From assembly GCA_016748015.1 (NCBI GenBank), contig JAAOMT010000735.1, positions 1-64,000 on the forward strand: a DNA stretch of 64,000 nucleotides. Direction: 5' to 3'. The notes beneath the pieces are model-generated. The model searched no databases. It had not been told where the DNA came from and saw only the letters and a list, made by a program, of their open reading frames with translations. The stretch's first letter is position 1, and each line of letters opens with the position of its first letter. This document shows positions 36,182-51,444 of this stretch, piece after piece. The position numbers were made by a program, and so were the translations under genes. This DNA comes from Geosiphon pyriformis uo1. Taxonomy: Eukaryota > Fungi > Glomeromycota.

Positions 36182-39100
36182 CTTTTTATTATTATTATGT
36201 AATTTATAAGTAAAGTTTAACTGTTATCTAATACATAGAATCAAACTAAATGAAACACATTAAATATAGCTTATGTATTAACTATATGTGGTTAACCACT
36301 CAAATCAAACAAGACAACACTATGCATTTATGCTAACAAAATATCACCACCTAAACTGAAAAAGAAACAATATAATCTTTATCTACCAAAATTAACAGCA
36401 AAGGATTCCAAAACACCAAACATATAAACCATTTTATCTGACAACATGAATATTAAACATTGAAACAAGCTTGAAAACACACTATTATCTTTAACCAAAC
36501 CAGCTTTCTTTATATCCACTTTATGCTTGAACTTAATAAGCTATATCTTAGTGCAATACAATTCAATCACAAACCTAATATATTCAACAAGAGCTAGAAC
36601 AGTTTTTTTTTTCTTTTTAAAAACCAAAATAGCCTTAGTAAACCAATTCTTTAAAACAAAACTCTTACATATAGTAATGTACAAATTCATGTTAAAAGAA
36701 CACATTAAAAGTGACTGTAAAATGGCTAATATAAGTAAGTAAAAAGAACCTATCAACAACATACATCTTTTAATAGCTTTAGCCAAAATGTCTTCATAAA
36801 GCCTAATATTATCAGAATAAACAAAAATATAGTCAAACAATTCCATCTCACCATACAGCAAACACAACACCCCAGAATAATTCTTATTATATAACCTTTT
36901 TCTGACTACTATTGGCAACTATTTATGTACCACTTTTATCAAATAAGTGTACATATTGGCTGAATTTCTACTAATAAATCCAGAAAGCATATGTAAACCA
37001 GAATGCCACAATTTTGCAGTAGTAATCCAATTTACCTCCTTAATCATAATATCCAGAACAATATTATAACTAAAACTAGTTTTTCAATAAGTATGGCAAA
37101 TTAACTAATACAGATTATGAACAAAATAACAAACATTACCAAATACAGCAGTATTTTCAGCAACCAAAAATTGTTTTTGAATCTTAATCAGTAAAGAAAG
37201 TAAAGAAAAAGTGGCTTTTCCTATCAACACATCAGCCCTAATATTACCTTGAATTCCCAAATATCTTTTAATCTTTACTTATTTAATTAAAATGTTTTTA
37301 TTCTTAATAAAATTGACGATATACAATCATTTAATCCAGCATTGATTGTGAAAGTCAGACACAACAAATAAAATATCTGATATACAAGCATCAATTAGAG
37401 ATTGGCTGTTCGAATACAGAACCATAGTGCAAGAAGATAAAACACACTCCAAGACCAACACAATGGCTTGTAATTTAGCCAAAGTGAAAGACAAAAGCCT
37501 GTGTACACTGATTTCAATACCCATGTCTGTAGCTGAAAAATAGGCAGCCACATTACTCATTACTTTAGCAAAACCAGTACTCTTTAAGAACTCATCTGTA
37601 TAAATCTCAATACAATTAGACCAAAACTTCATTAGACTATTATGAACATTAGAAAATGTTTCAAATTCTAAGATATTTAGTACCAGCAATCCAGAAGCAA
37701 CAGCAGATTTGATTTCCAAAGAAACATGCTTATTCATAAACTCAGCTGCCAAAGTAAACCAATAAGACACAGAGCCTTTTGAATTCAATCTTTTCTACTG
37801 CTAGAATGTTTTCCAGTCCATCATTTTCTCTTTTTTGTCCAAAAGTCTATCACCAAAAGCAACACCAAATCACTTCAAAGAAAAAACAAAATTATAGTAT
37901 AAAAAATAACCTAAAATACCAAACATTAAAAATCTGTTAGATCCATAAAAAGCATTGAACAAATTGTTTATCAAAGATAGTTTATTTTCCAAAAAGATTT
38001 TCATCACACCAGCCAAAAAATTATTTACTGGACTAACTCACAACTTGACAAAATACTGTAAAAAACTTAAAGGGAACCATTTCAAAACTTGTAAATCCAA
38101 AAATCTATGTTCAAATAAATGTTCAAGAATGCTATGAACATTGAAAAAGGAAATCAGCAAAACCAACTTTCTTTCAGATTGCATTTGCTTAAAAAGTTTC
38201 AAATCATACAAAAAAAGATAATATAAGATCTTACTGGGAAAATTATGTGGCAAACCAGCTTTAGATCTGAAATTTTTTCTGACCATAATGTTCTACTTGC
38301 AATACACACCTGATAAAATAAAACTAAACTGCATCCAATAGCTAACTATGGGTTAGAAAATAGCTGAAACCAAGTAGAAAAATTGTTTATCTATAATAGT
38401 TTTCTTAAGCACCACATTGAAGAAGAACCTAATATCTACATAAGTCTAAGCCAAACTAGGTTTAAAAAAATCCTCTTTAAACAAGAAGATACCCAAGTAT
38501 CTGTGTGACTTATCTAGTTTATTAATTAAAATTGGTAAACTATTAATTAAAAGTAAGACAGTTTTGATACTCTGATTGATAAAAATAGCCACTATCTTAT
38601 CATTATTAATAGAAATGTTATTGATAACAAAGAATTCACTGGCAATATCTAAAATGTATTGTGTAGAAGCTTAACAGCTCTTAACCTAAATTGTGTTATC
38701 AACAAAAGCACCAGTAGCCAAAAAAAAATTCTTTCTTTCAACAGCCTCAACTCTGCCAGTTTTTGTCACAAACTTTGTATTAATACAATAACTGCATAAG
38801 TGTTTATGTTTTTTAACTTTACACAAAAGTAGATTATAGAATATTTGCCAAAGAAGCAGAAAAAAAACCTTATCCTTATCTAAACCATTATGTATCTTAT
38901 AACTATTAGAGAGTCCAAAATCTGTCATCACTCTGTTGATTTGATTTTTATGAATGCTGCCAAAAAACTTAATAAACTGACTACATATTTTAATATGATG
39001 CAGACTAACTCTTAAATGATACCAGCCTACTGAATTATAAGTCTTGTGCATATTCTGCAATACCAACCAAAGTTTTTTATTCTTCTCCAAAGCATTCTCA

Positions 39101-40600
39101 ACAACCAAACCAATGGCAAAAATAGAAGACTAAATTAAAATACCTTTTAATATTGAAAAATTATCACCACAAAGAACATTAAATCTGCTGCATGCTGACA
39201 ATATTCAATCAGAAAAAATTTTAAACAAGATTTTTTGAGCAGTTTTAATTAGTACAATAGGCCTAGTATTGGTTAAGACATCATTTTATTCATAAAGTTT
39301 TGAAATTATCAAGACCCATGCTCTTTTTCAAGGAGTTGAAACTATACCCAAAGTTAAGTACAAATTTAACAGCTTTAAGAGACAAGCCAACATTTTACTA
39401 CCATAGTGCTTTCAAAGTTTATTAGATATCTCTGATAATTCAGCAGCCTTATTATTCAGCAAATCCTTAACAACCAAAGACAGCTCCTTAATATTAATCT
39501 TTTTTATTACACCAGAAAAAGCATCATTATTAACATGATTCAGAGGTATATATTGATATAACTAAGAATTGGACATTCTCGGAAGCACTGTCTGCTTCCT
39601 TGTTTATTCTTCCATAATTTTATCTATCTTAAGCTTTATCTTATTAGACTTGATCATTAACTCATTTTTAACAACTAAGTAATTCAAAACAATCTTGTAA
39701 AATAAACAGTTAAGAATACTCTTAATCATCTATCTCTTGTTAGAACAAAAATTTTTTATGTGCCAGTTAATTGCCTTCCTAATGGCTGTATTTTTAAATG
39801 TCTTTAACTCAAAATACTTAGATTTCCAATATTCTTTTCTAATTATTGACAAGTGTTTGACCAGATCTATTGAACTTATACCAATCAAAACCAAGTTAGC
39901 AACCTTAGATGCCTTAACTTTATTAATATCCAACCAAATCCTGATGAGATAATCAAAATCTAGAAGATCTTCAGAGTTCCAAGCCTTCACAATTCTTGCA
40001 ACAAACAGCTCCAATTTAAAAAATTTCAAAGATTGTTTGTTTTTCAAACAATCATATTCACTATACTAATGTCTAAAAAACACCACATCAGCAGTATATA
40101 TCATAATATCTTTCAGCACTATTCACATTGTGTCCAAATTACTATTTTTTCTTGTATTCTTAAATATGCTTGATTTTATCAACAACTTAGTAGAAAAATG
40201 CTTCTTAAAATGCAACCAATAGGCTTTATTTATATTTTCTAACTTAAACTTCCACCAGTCTCAATTGGCTTGTTTGTAAACACTGTTAAGACAAACATTT
40301 AGAAGTCTTTTTAAACTGATTATAACCAAAACTGCCTTATGATCTGTATTAAAAAACTCCAATACACCATTGACTTTATGTAATATAATTGCAGATATCA
40401 GATTTCTATTCACAAAAACAAAATCCAACACTTTTTCAATGTCTTTAAAATTGCTTCAAGTAAAAGTTGTGGCCAATAAATGTTTATTAAAAGTATTAAC
40501 CAGAACCAGATCCAAACAAAACCTGAAACTTGTACTCCTTTTAAATCTATTCTTATTAAAGTCACTACTGACAACTGTGAAGAAGCTAGAATTAACTGCT
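36182..40600 (-). mobile_element. Non-LTR retrotransposon LINE-a (partial APE, RT, RNase H, C-terminal Cys/His motif), 5' truncated, degenerate
   Basis: SDFN (GDFN); LQNMHKTYNSV (QDxxKAYDSV); AFVDNT (FVDD); RNase H IYTDEFL / TLAKLQAI / YSNSQ; short (TAA)n tail about 36182-36198. Confidence 0.9.
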
Positions 40601-43600
40601 CTTTATTTTTAAGATTTTGTTGGGTGAAATACTTTTGACTTTGGCATTTGCCATTCTCCAGATCTCATTTTTGTTATGTGGATAACCATCTAAGTGAGAG
40701 ATTGCTTGGTGCTATGCAGCAGTTATAGATGTTCCATAACTCACCCAGTTACTAATGAGGATTGTGTATTAACATAATATGTTGCATGTTCCTTCTTAAC
40801 CAAGAATGTCATTCCATATTCCTTTATCGAGTAGCTGCTTTCCACAAGCAAGACATGGTTTGTTGTCTCACTTGTCTTGTTACTTTGGGTAGTCATACCG
40901 TTTTCTGTGACATGGTTTGCAGTAATAGTGGGTTTGTATTCAGTAGTCTTCATTGAACATGATCCAAGATCCCATGGAAGAAAGTTTCTTGTCACAATCT
41001 TGGCATTTGAATGAAATATATAGTGATTGCTTTAGTGACTTATGTGAATAAAATTTTTCTTAGTTACTAGTTATTTCTTCTGTGGTGATGTCTTTTTCTG
41101 GTGCATTTTCTTTCTTTTTCTTCTCTTTGTCATCTCAAGAAAGTACTAATGGTAACTTGTTGTGTTCAGTGTTGGCCCAAAAAACTTGATAGGCTTCTTA
41201 AGTAGGTTTTTTTCTTTTTACTTTAAGCTCAATTAGTGGTGCTAAAGTGTGAGTGATTTTAAAGTGACCATACATGGCTGGTACACATGTGTGTTGTCTG
41301 TTCTGACTGAGTTGGAGCTCCTGTGTGATCCAATCAAGCATCACATTGGTTTTGAACAACCAGCCATTGTCTACTAATGCTTGATATTAGGTTGTTTTTA
41401 TTACCAAGACTTTGATGGGAGCTATGATGCCATTGACTTTGAAAAAAAAGTCATTGATTTCACCTATAGAAGTTTTGGTTGCTCTATTGGTTGTAATGAT
41501 TCTGGTGCTAACAGCGTGATCAACTTGAAAACCTAATTGGTCCATAAGTTGTCATGTAATGATGCTGCCTGCTGATCTACTGTTAAGGATTAGTTTAATA
41601 GACTGACCATCAACTTTGGCATCTGTATATATCACAATAATAGACTTTACATCAAGAATGGCTTCACTAAAAAGAGGTACTTCAGTTAGTTTTTTGATCT
41701 TGAAAAGAAAAATTGCTGTTAACAATTCATCATTAGTGATGGTTGCTGGTGGAATGTTGTTGGTAAGTGGTTTTGGGTTAATTTCTAAGTTTTTGGGTGA
41801 GACTTCTTCTGGAGTAACCAGAAGACTTAAATAGTTTTGGAAACTCGGGTTTTGGGCATACTTAGTTCTTGAGTTTTTTGGACATAATTCTGAGAGTTGT
41901 TGGGATGTACTGGAAATTAGTTGATAAACAACTATTGCCAATTTCCAGTTTTGCTGACTGGTTTTTGGCCTTTGATTTCTGTTGAGCACAGTTATTTGTG
42001 GCAGTATTTAAATGGGTTGAGATTGATAAATTAGTTGTGGCTGTAGTAGTTGATATATTATGGGTGTTTTTGGTTGATATATTAGAGATATGTATATTAG
42101 TTGTTGTATCATTTAAATGTAATTTGGTTGGTACTGATCTTGATTTGAATAATAACTTAGAGTTTGGAATTTGTAATTAGGGTTTTGATATTGATTTCCC
42201 AATCATGAGTTATTGTCATAAACTTGACAATTAGCTCTAACATAATCTTATTTACCACAATTGTAGTAAATATGCATCTCTGATTGCCACAATTGGTTGG
42301 TTAATAATAATGGGTGTGCCTAATTTTGAAATAATTTGAGTTTCCTGAATTATTACATTGTTGTGAAGATTGATAGATTGCCTGATTGTTAGCTAAGTAT
42401 CCTTCTAATTTTTGATTGATTGAATTACTGAACTGCTTTAATTTGGAATCCAAGTCAGATGATCTATTTATTACTAGATTTATGGCTTGGGCATAATTGG
42501 TTTCTAATTCAGCTGCTTCAAAATTTCAGGTGTAGATAACTGCTGCTTGAAGATTTGCTGGGTGTAATAAACATACACATTGAAAAATATTACTGTGCAG
42601 GTCTCTAATAAATTGATTTAAAATTTGTGGTGCTGTAAAATAATTGGCTTGTATTGCTTAAATTTAACACAAATTCCTGTGGAAGCATCCTAGGTAAGCA
42701 GTGACTGCTTCAGTTTCTTCTTGCTTAATAATAGTGAAAGTATTGGCTATACAATTAATACTATTATTGTTGCTGAAATATTGTAGAAACTCAAGTTTAA
42801 ATGCATTGAAATTCTGAGATTTTTTGGGCAAGCTTTAATACCATGAGTTGACAGTATCCTGAAAAAAGTATGGGATGGCTTGCATGACTCTGGCATTATT
42901 CTATTCATTGGTTGTAATGGTTTTTTTAACATTGTTTAGTTATATCTGGGCATTGTTCTCTTTGTCAGTAAATTTTTCAATTTTTGCAATTGAAATATAT
43001 GCCATTGGAGCTATAAGTGGCAGTTGTTGTAATTGTAGTGGTTGTTTAAGTGGCTGTTGTGGTTGTTGTAGAGGTGATATTGGTGGCTGTTGAATCAGTT
43101 CAGTAATTAATTCAATTGGTGGCTGATTGATGATAATTATTGAAGGTAAATTTTGTTGATTATTAATGTTAGAATTTGAATTATTCTGATTTTGTGGAGT
43201 TTAAATATTAGGAGTTTTAATTTCTAGATTTTTTAAAATCAGGTTTTGGTAGTTAAATTCTTAATCTTCATCTTTTTTTTCTTCTGATTCCATCACTTTC
43301 CAAGGACTCATGATTCCGAAATCTGGTTAAGATGGCAATGATCAAAATCCTGACAGCATTGGTAATCAGAATTTAAATTCTTCAAAATACTTATCATATG
43401 TTCTTAATAAGTTGGCTTTTGATTGTTTACTTTAGAATGGAATATGAGCCAATAATGTTTTCGCATTTAATGTGGATGTGTCTGCTGATAAAATGTTGAT
43501 GGCACTTCCAAGTGTATAGTAATATGATGAGTTGGTTGGAGATTCTATTTTTGTTTTTTTCTAAGTAGGTGGTTGTATTCTTTGAGGTGTTACTGTTGGT

Positions 43601-44849
43601 GTTTGTAGTTTTTTTTTGTCTTTGTTTGTGTAGATAATTGGGTATCTTTGTTGAATGTGATGTTTAATTTCTCTATTGATTTCAGTAAAGATTGCTGTGA
43701 AATTATAATTTGCTGGTAGGCTGGTATTTTAAATTAATTCATTGTAAAAATTTCTTCTTGTAAAATTGGTTTTTACTGGTACTCCTAGCAAATATAAGAT
43801 TCTCTTGTTAACATAGAAATTGAAGACTGATTTTGCTGATAGATGATTGTTGGTTAATCCCAAGTGTTGACAGTAGTGTTGGAATAAGGATTTGGCAAAT
43901 CCTAAATGGTTTGTCTCTATTCTTTCTGATTCTGTCATTTTTGAATAATTGTGTGTTGGTGCTGGTTTTCTGTAAGATTATATCTCACAGAGAGCACCAA
44001 ATGTTACAGATGATTATTTAGAGTTTTAAATCAAATAATAAACTCATAATTTGGTGTTCAATTGATGATATAATGATGTTGGTATCTGAAAGTTTGAATT
44101 GTTTGAAGGTTTTGGTTGAGTTCTTTATATAATAAACAGAGATTTAATAATTGTTTTTAGTAACCTTTCAGAATCGCAATTTCATTAATTTTTTTCTTAG
44201 TTTGGTGGCCAGCAATCTTTTAGTAAGCAATCTGTATTTTTTATGTGTTTTACTCACTTGCAGAGGTCTTTTACCAGGCAATCCTTGACATCAATAACTC
44301 AGTACTTATTTCTTAATCAATTAGTCAACAATAAGAAATAGCAAAAATAAAAGAAAAAAAAAGAAAAAAAAAGAAAGAAGTAAGCCAAGGCAATAAATAT
44401 TAGTATTCTGTTAATAGCCATGATCAAAAGCTATTGTTTCAGTGTAGTTAAGTATTAGTTACTATTAACATAAAGTGTTAATAATGAAACATGAATTGAG
44501 ATAACAAATAATTATTTATTGATATTTGTAAATTAAAATGTTGCTTAGATGAAATTTAAGTGGAAAAGCCTGTCTTTTCTACTTTTAATGCTACTACTAT
44601 ATATATATAATTAAGATTTCTCAATTTTTCAATTCTTCATACCAGGAATTCTGGAATTTTTGGAATTCTGCAATTTTTTTGAGAGGAATCTTGGAATTTT
44701 AGAATTCTGTGATTTTTCATATAAGGATTCTGAAATTTTTGGAATTCTGTAATTTCTTTGAGAGAAATTCTGGATTTCCACATTTATTACAGCTACTTCT
44801 AATTGGCTAATTTATATGTTAATATACTACCTATATTCTATAAGTAACA
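40601..44849 (-). mobile_element. 5' half of Ty3/gypsy element F (LTR 44002-44849, PBS 43983-43999, gag-PR-Cys-rich), inserted in E2; 3' half missing
   Basis: MTESERIETNHLGFAKSLFQHYC homologous to B; KLILNSRSAGS protease; LTR homologous to E1/E2; flank ACAG resumes the RNase H end of E2. Confidence 0.92.
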
Positions 44850-47829
44850 ACAGTTTGTTGCAAATAAAACAAATCTTAAAACATTTCAACCCAAAAATAT
44901 AACAAAAGATAAATATACAAAAATATCAACAACTTCAACATTATATTAATATCCAGCAGTTCAAAAAGAAATTATTTCCAAAAGAATAGAACAACATAAA
45001 AGAACAATCCAAATATTTTATTACTTACTAAAATATATTATATTAGAAAAACAGAAAGGATCCAAACCAACCACTCAAAGTAATCATGGAACCAGAGAAA
45101 AAAACAATACTATTCAATATGCACTTAGATCTAACAGTAAGACATTTTCATAAAAAAGCAACCATGGAAAGAACCAGAAAAAAATACTATTGGCCATTTA
45201 TGTATTCAGACATCATCCAATATATTCAAAATTGTGATGTCTATCAGAGAAGAAGAGGAACAAAACCCTGTAAACCACTGAAACCAATCAAAGTAGAACA
45301 ACCATTCAATCAAATTGGAATTGACTTAGTCGGACTATTAACAATTACCAGCTAAAGAAACAGATATATCACAGTAGCCATAGATTATCTTACTAAGTGG
45401 CCAAAGGCAAAAGCCATTCAAAGAGCAAATACAAAATTCATTGCCAAATTCATTTATCAAGAGTTAATTTGTCAACATAGATGCCCAAAAAAATTATTAT
45501 CCGACCAAGAAATTCACTTTGTAAATAGAACATTAGCAGAGTTAAGCCAAAAATTTGGAATCAAAAGACTATTATTATCATCATATTATTTATAAACCAA
45601 TAGATTAATTGAAAGATTCAATAGAATATTGTGTAAAGCAATTGCCAAAATTAGCCAAGAAAATTAAAATGAATGAGATTTGTTTATATTATCAGTATTA
45701 TTTGTTTATCAGACAATAAAGCAAGACACTACACAAGCAACACCATTTAAATTGGTATATGATAGAACAGCAATATTACTAGTGAAGACAAAAGTTAGCA
45801 CATATCTAACTGAATCAATAACAAAAGACAATTTCCAAGAAACATTGTTAAGAAGAACATATGACTTAATAGAAACATTAGAAAACAAACAGTAAAGAGC
45901 AGCTAATAATATTTAAAAGTTACAAAAAAAACAAAAAAAAAGACACAATAACCAACTACTAGATAAACTAGTTAAATTTAGGATTGGAAACAAAGTACTT
46001 TTACATTGTACCAAAGCAAAAAAACAATGGAGTAGAAAATTTGATCCCAAATAGGATGGACTATTTCACATAAAAGAAATTCTTGGAAATGGAGCTTATA
46101 AATTAAGATGGGACAACAAAATCTTAATCAAAGCAATACATAGTAATTGACTGAAACTATATCACAATATAATATTATCATTTATCAGTAATATTCCACA
46201 ATTGGGAGTACAAAAAATACTAGTCCAATTAGGTAAGATTCCACGAGATTTAGAACCAATCATAATTATTAATACAAACATATCAAGATAATTAAACAGA
46301 ATAATATAATTCAACAATGGAATATAGAAATTACTATTAACCAACAAACTATTTGATACAGAGATACTAGAAAGATACACTAATACAAAGTACAAAAACC
46401 AGAGAACATCATTGACAAAATAATTCTAAAAATAAAATTGGCAATAGAAGAGCTAACAAAAGTTATCTTATATTAAGAATTAACCAAAGAAACTTGGAAG
46501 TGGTGAATACAAAAATTTTTAAAGAACTTTTGTTATTTCCACTTAGAACAATACTTGAATATTCAAAACTTATATACAGATAAGACAAAGCAATTATTTG
46601 ATCCAGAAATATTACAACAACTTAAACAATTTGTGAGAAAGAACAATCTAATTACACAAGCATGAGACATTTATCAATTACAAGTCGAATTTCAAGACTG
46701 ACCAGAAATTTTACTCAATTCAGCAATGGATTCCATTACTATTAACCAAATGAGAAAAATAACCAATGCTCAATTTGAAAAATTACAAAACAAAATAACA
46801 CAAGTAATTCTCAAAAAAGAAGTTCAAGAAATACTCAAAGATGAAGAATTAGAATTAGGAGATTTCGACAGAGTTCAATATTAAAAAGAAGAAATAATAT
46901 TACTTGTAGAATATAGGAAGTATATTAGCATATAAATTAGCCAATTAGAAGTAGCTATAATAAATATGAAATTCCAGAATTTCTCTCAAAAAAAATTGCA
47001 GGATTCCAGAAATTTCAGAATTCTTATACAAAAAATTACAAGATTTCAAAATTTCAGGATTTCTCTTAAAGGAAATGCAGAATTCCAGAAATTTCAGAAT
47101 TCTTGTATAAGGAATTACAGGATTCCAGAATTCCAGGATTCTTCTTAAAAGAATTGCAGAATTTCAGGAATTCCAAGATTTCTAATGTGAAAAATTGAGA
47201 AATTGAGAAATCTTAATTATGTATATATAATAGTAGCATTAAAAGTAGAAAAGACAAATCTTTTTTATTTAGATTTCATCTAAACAATCTTTTAATTCAT
47301 AAATATCAATAAATAATTATTTGCTATTTTAATTCACTCCCTACTATTAACATTTCATGTTAATAGTTGTCAATATTTAAACACACTAGAACAATAGCTC
47401 TTGATCATAACTATTAATAGGATATTAACATTTATTATCTTGGCTTATTTTTTTATTTTTTTATTTTTTTTCTTTGTTATTTCTTGTTGTTAACTAATTA
47501 ATTGAAGATTAAGCACTGAGTATTGACATCAAAAATTGCCTGGTAAAAGATCTCTATAAGATAGTAAAATATTTAAAATTAAGGATTACTTACTAAAGGA
47601 TTGCTGGCCACTACACTAAGAAAAGAATTAATAGAATTGTGATTCCAGAAGGCTACTGAAAACAACCATTAAATTTCTGTTCATTATACAAAAAACTCAG
47701 CCAAAACCTTTAGACAATCAAAATTTTCAAATACAAACAACCTACAGATATTACCAATGTTATCAAGTGTATTAGCACCAAGTTATGAGTTTGTTATTTG
47801 ATTTGAGACCCAAATAAACACCTATAACA
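44850..47829 (+). mobile_element. 3' part of Ty3/gypsy element E2 (integrase about 44909-46291, 5'-deleted ORF3 to 46884, PPT, 3' LTR 46898-47829)
   Basis: Collinear with B 17825-20000; ORF3 ends DFDRVQY*; GAATTCC-rich LTR. Confidence 0.9.
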
Positions 47830-48910
47830 ATATAATTAATTGTTTTTTTGGCACTTTTTGTATTTTTTTATATAGAGCTTTTCACAACTGAACTTTCTGA
47901 CAAAAAATTGACCAACTTTAACTTGAGACAATTTTTGAAACTAGTACACTTGTGCAAACTGTCTTTATTGAAATCCCCATTCAAGATAACAAAAAAAGAT
48001 TCATTTGCAGCCTTCACAATCAGAGTTGATCTTACTAGCTTGAAACAAATACATCCAGAGTAGCACTAGTGTACAGCCCCAAAATTAAAACAGATAACTT
48101 ATTCTTAAAAAACAACTTAATAGACAAAAGCCTACTAATAACTTCTGAAACTTTGTATACATGTCTTGTCAAATCAATATTTATAATAGCTACAATACCA
48201 GAACCTAGATAACCAGAATCCAAACCAGAAGTAAACATACAAAAACCAACAAACTTGTTAATAATTCAAAGACAGATCTTTCTTTTTAGCTTTGTCTTAG
48301 TAATTATTAAAATTAAATTGTTTATATTTTTATGTCAACAAATAACATCCACTTATTTGGCAGGGACATTGATACCTTGTATATTATATGTAATTATTTT
48401 CCAAACTAGATTTGTTATTGAGAAGAAAAAATATTTACATCCAAACCAGCATTGTCCAATTTGGTCATTAAGCCTATAACTGTGTTCAATAAATTTTTTA
48501 AAGTCTCTTCAAGTTTTGAAACAACCAAAAGATTAAAATTCACTGCTTTTATAACAGTTTTACTACTAGTGACTACATCCAAACTCTTATTTATTACTGT
48601 ATTCATCCCTCAATTCTGTGATAAAGGAGTTATCAATGATTAATATTTAGGATTAGGCTGGAAAACTATTGGCTTAAGTGTATTCAACCTCTTAGCCAGC
48701 TTGTCTACTTTCTTTGCAAGGCTGGCAAAACTGCACTTAAGAGCAGCAAATTTATTATCTACTTCCAAAGAAACCAACAAAAGAGATTTAATATTTGAAG
48801 ACAAACTAGTACTAAAAGAAACCAAAGACATCACATGAGAAATAGAACTACTAGCAATTTGGGCCCAAGTTTCACCACCAAAAGACATTAGGCAGTAATT
48901 GGCATCTGTT
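47830..48910 (-). mobile_element. LINE-b fragment (ORF1 C-terminus and ORF2 APE endonuclease), interrupted by E2
   Basis: MSFGGETWAQIAS region; ITYNIQGINVPAK, GSGIV, LGLY, LNGDFN APE motifs. Confidence 0.82.
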
Positions 48911-49271
48911 TTCTTTTATATATCTGAAATATTAAATTGTTTTAATAAGAGCATAATAAAATCTGTTATTATTAGATTATATATATTAATTATTTATTTC
49001 TATTGGTGTTTCTTAATTTGCTAAGATTTTTTTGTATTCAACTTAGTTAAATTGTTAAATTATATTATATCTTTTTTTGTTATTAAGTTGATTATTAATT
49101 ATTTATTTTCAGATTTTTAGCTGATTTTGTTAATTAAGTATAATAATATAGGTTTTTTTTATATAATGCTAATTTTTATTATATGTATTGTAATTTTTGT
49201 ATTGAAAAGTATAAAAATCTTTTGATAATACTGTTTATTTATTATTTTTTATGTTTTTTTTTAACTTAAAC

Positions 49272-51444
49272 TTTTATTATTATTATTATTATTTATTTAC
49301 GAGTATGGCCCAACCACTACTTAGCTTACAGAAACATATAAGAGAATCTAACTAAATGTGATTTATGTGCTTATTATATGTAACCAGTCACTTGGGCCAA
49401 TTAAAACAATACTATGTACTTATATAAATATTCACACTATTATCCAAATCTGAAAAAAAAACAAGCTCCATGTAAACTAAAACTTATAGCAAAAGAGTTA
49501 ATAATGTCAAGCAGTCAGACAACACTAGTAAAAAAAAGCTTTGCACAACACCAGGGACCCTAGAAACCAAATCACAATTACTAACAAGACCACACACTTC
49601 TATGTTTATCCTGAATTTTGCCCTAAATAGCCATAATTCACTCTGATGCCTCTTAACTAAGCTGTATACAAAACTGACAACCATCAACAATGTCTTTTTT
49701 TATTATTAAAAACCAAGGCCACTTTAGCAATCCAGGTCTTAAAAACAAAGCTTTTACACAAAATGGCATAAATGCCAACATTCAAAATCCTGGAAAGAAA
49801 TGTACTCAGTATTACAGAAGAAAATAGAAAATGGCCACTCATTAAAGACTTCTACAGATTCACATGATCCAGCAATATTCTCAAATAAGCATTAGTCTTT
49901 TTTAAATAAGTAAAAACATAATCTGGCAACTTAATATTACCACACAACAGACACAGCACACCCAAATAATCTTGGTCATAAAGCTGTTTTTTTACAGCTG
50001 TTAACAGCCTTCTATAAACTGATTTTATTAAATATGTACACAAATTGGCTGAAGTTTCATGAATTCTGATAACATATGGAAATTTGGATGTTACACCACA
50101 GCAGTACTTTTCTAATTAATATTTTTAACTAGTAACCTATCAACAATCTTAGCACTAAGACCAGCTTTCTACTGAACAACACAAACAAAATAAAAAATAT
50201 TCTGAACAAAGTAGTAAGTATTCTCTAATATGACCCTTCTATTAGCTATAATAAACTTTTTATACACCTCTACAGAAAAAACAAAGCCAAATTATGTTGT
50301 TTTACATGTAAAAATATTAGCCTTATTATTATTAACATTTTTTAAATAATCTTTCACCTTCATCTATTTGACTAAAATGTCCTTAAATCTTATCAAATTA
50401 ACTATATGATGTCTTTCTATCTAGTATTTGTTTTGAAAGTCCAGATAACAAAGCTTAAATTTCATGACACATGCATCCAAAGCCACTTGACTGTCTATAT
50501 ACACAACAACTGAATAGAAAAAAAGAATACATTTTAATACCAAGACAATTGCCTAAAGTTTAGTTATTATAAAAGACAACAATCTATGTATTTAATGCTT
50601 ACATCTATATTAACATCTAGAAAATAAGCCATTGTCTTATCAACAATTATTGACATACCTAGCTGCTTTAGAAAACCATCTGTGTATACATTAAAACTTT
50701 CTATTTACAAACCATACAAGCACTCTTAAATGTTCAAGAAGTCATTTAAAAATAAGAAGTCCGAGCAGCCAAAAGCCAAGACTGATTGATCAGGTTTGAA
50801 AGAATGTCTACCTATGTAGCTTGAAGCTTTTTTAAACCAAAATGACATTGAATCCTTAGGGCTCAATTTTTTTTAACAGCAAAAAGTCTTTTAATTCATA
50901 ATTGATCCATGCTTATTTAACAATCTGTTGCTAAAGCAACACCAACACATCTCAAAGAATGAACCACATTAAAATAAAACTTATTATCTAAGATTACAGA
51001 CATTAGAAAACAACTAGAGTTATGAAATGTACTGAACAAGCCATTGGCCAAAAAGATCTTATTATCCAAAAAAATTCTGACCAAACTCACCAAAAAGTTG
51101 TTTACAAAACTGATTCTTAATTTAATAAGATGCTGTAGAGAGTTCATAAGAACCCATCTTAAAACTTGCAAATCCAAAAAGTGATACTCAAACAACTGAC
51201 CCAAGATATTAGGTGCATTAGAGAATGTAATCAACAAAGCAACCTTGTTTTCTGTTTGTAGCTACTTAAATATTTTCAATTCATAAAAAGATAAGTAATA
51301 TAACACTTTACTAGGAAAGTTTCTGGACAAGTTGGCCTTAGACTTGAGTTTTTTTCTCATTAAAACATCTTATCTTTAACACACATTTTTGAAGACATAG
51401 CAAAACTGTGTCCAGTAATCAATAATAGATTGTAAGACAGTTGA
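49272..51444 (-). mobile_element. LINE-c 3' part (post-RT, RNase H, Cys/His motif, (TAA)n tail), interrupted by H
   Basis: Collinear with LINE-a 36300-38370; VYTDGFL; CLLCGNIKLPDYVF; TAA repeats 49275-49298. Confidence 0.85.

Noticed and set aside
46965-47185. Regularly spaced palindromic GAATTC repeats resembling a CRISPR array (also 44640-44780, 7489-7560)
   Set aside because: No unique spacers, no cas genes, eukaryotic context; these are LTR U3 tandem repeats.
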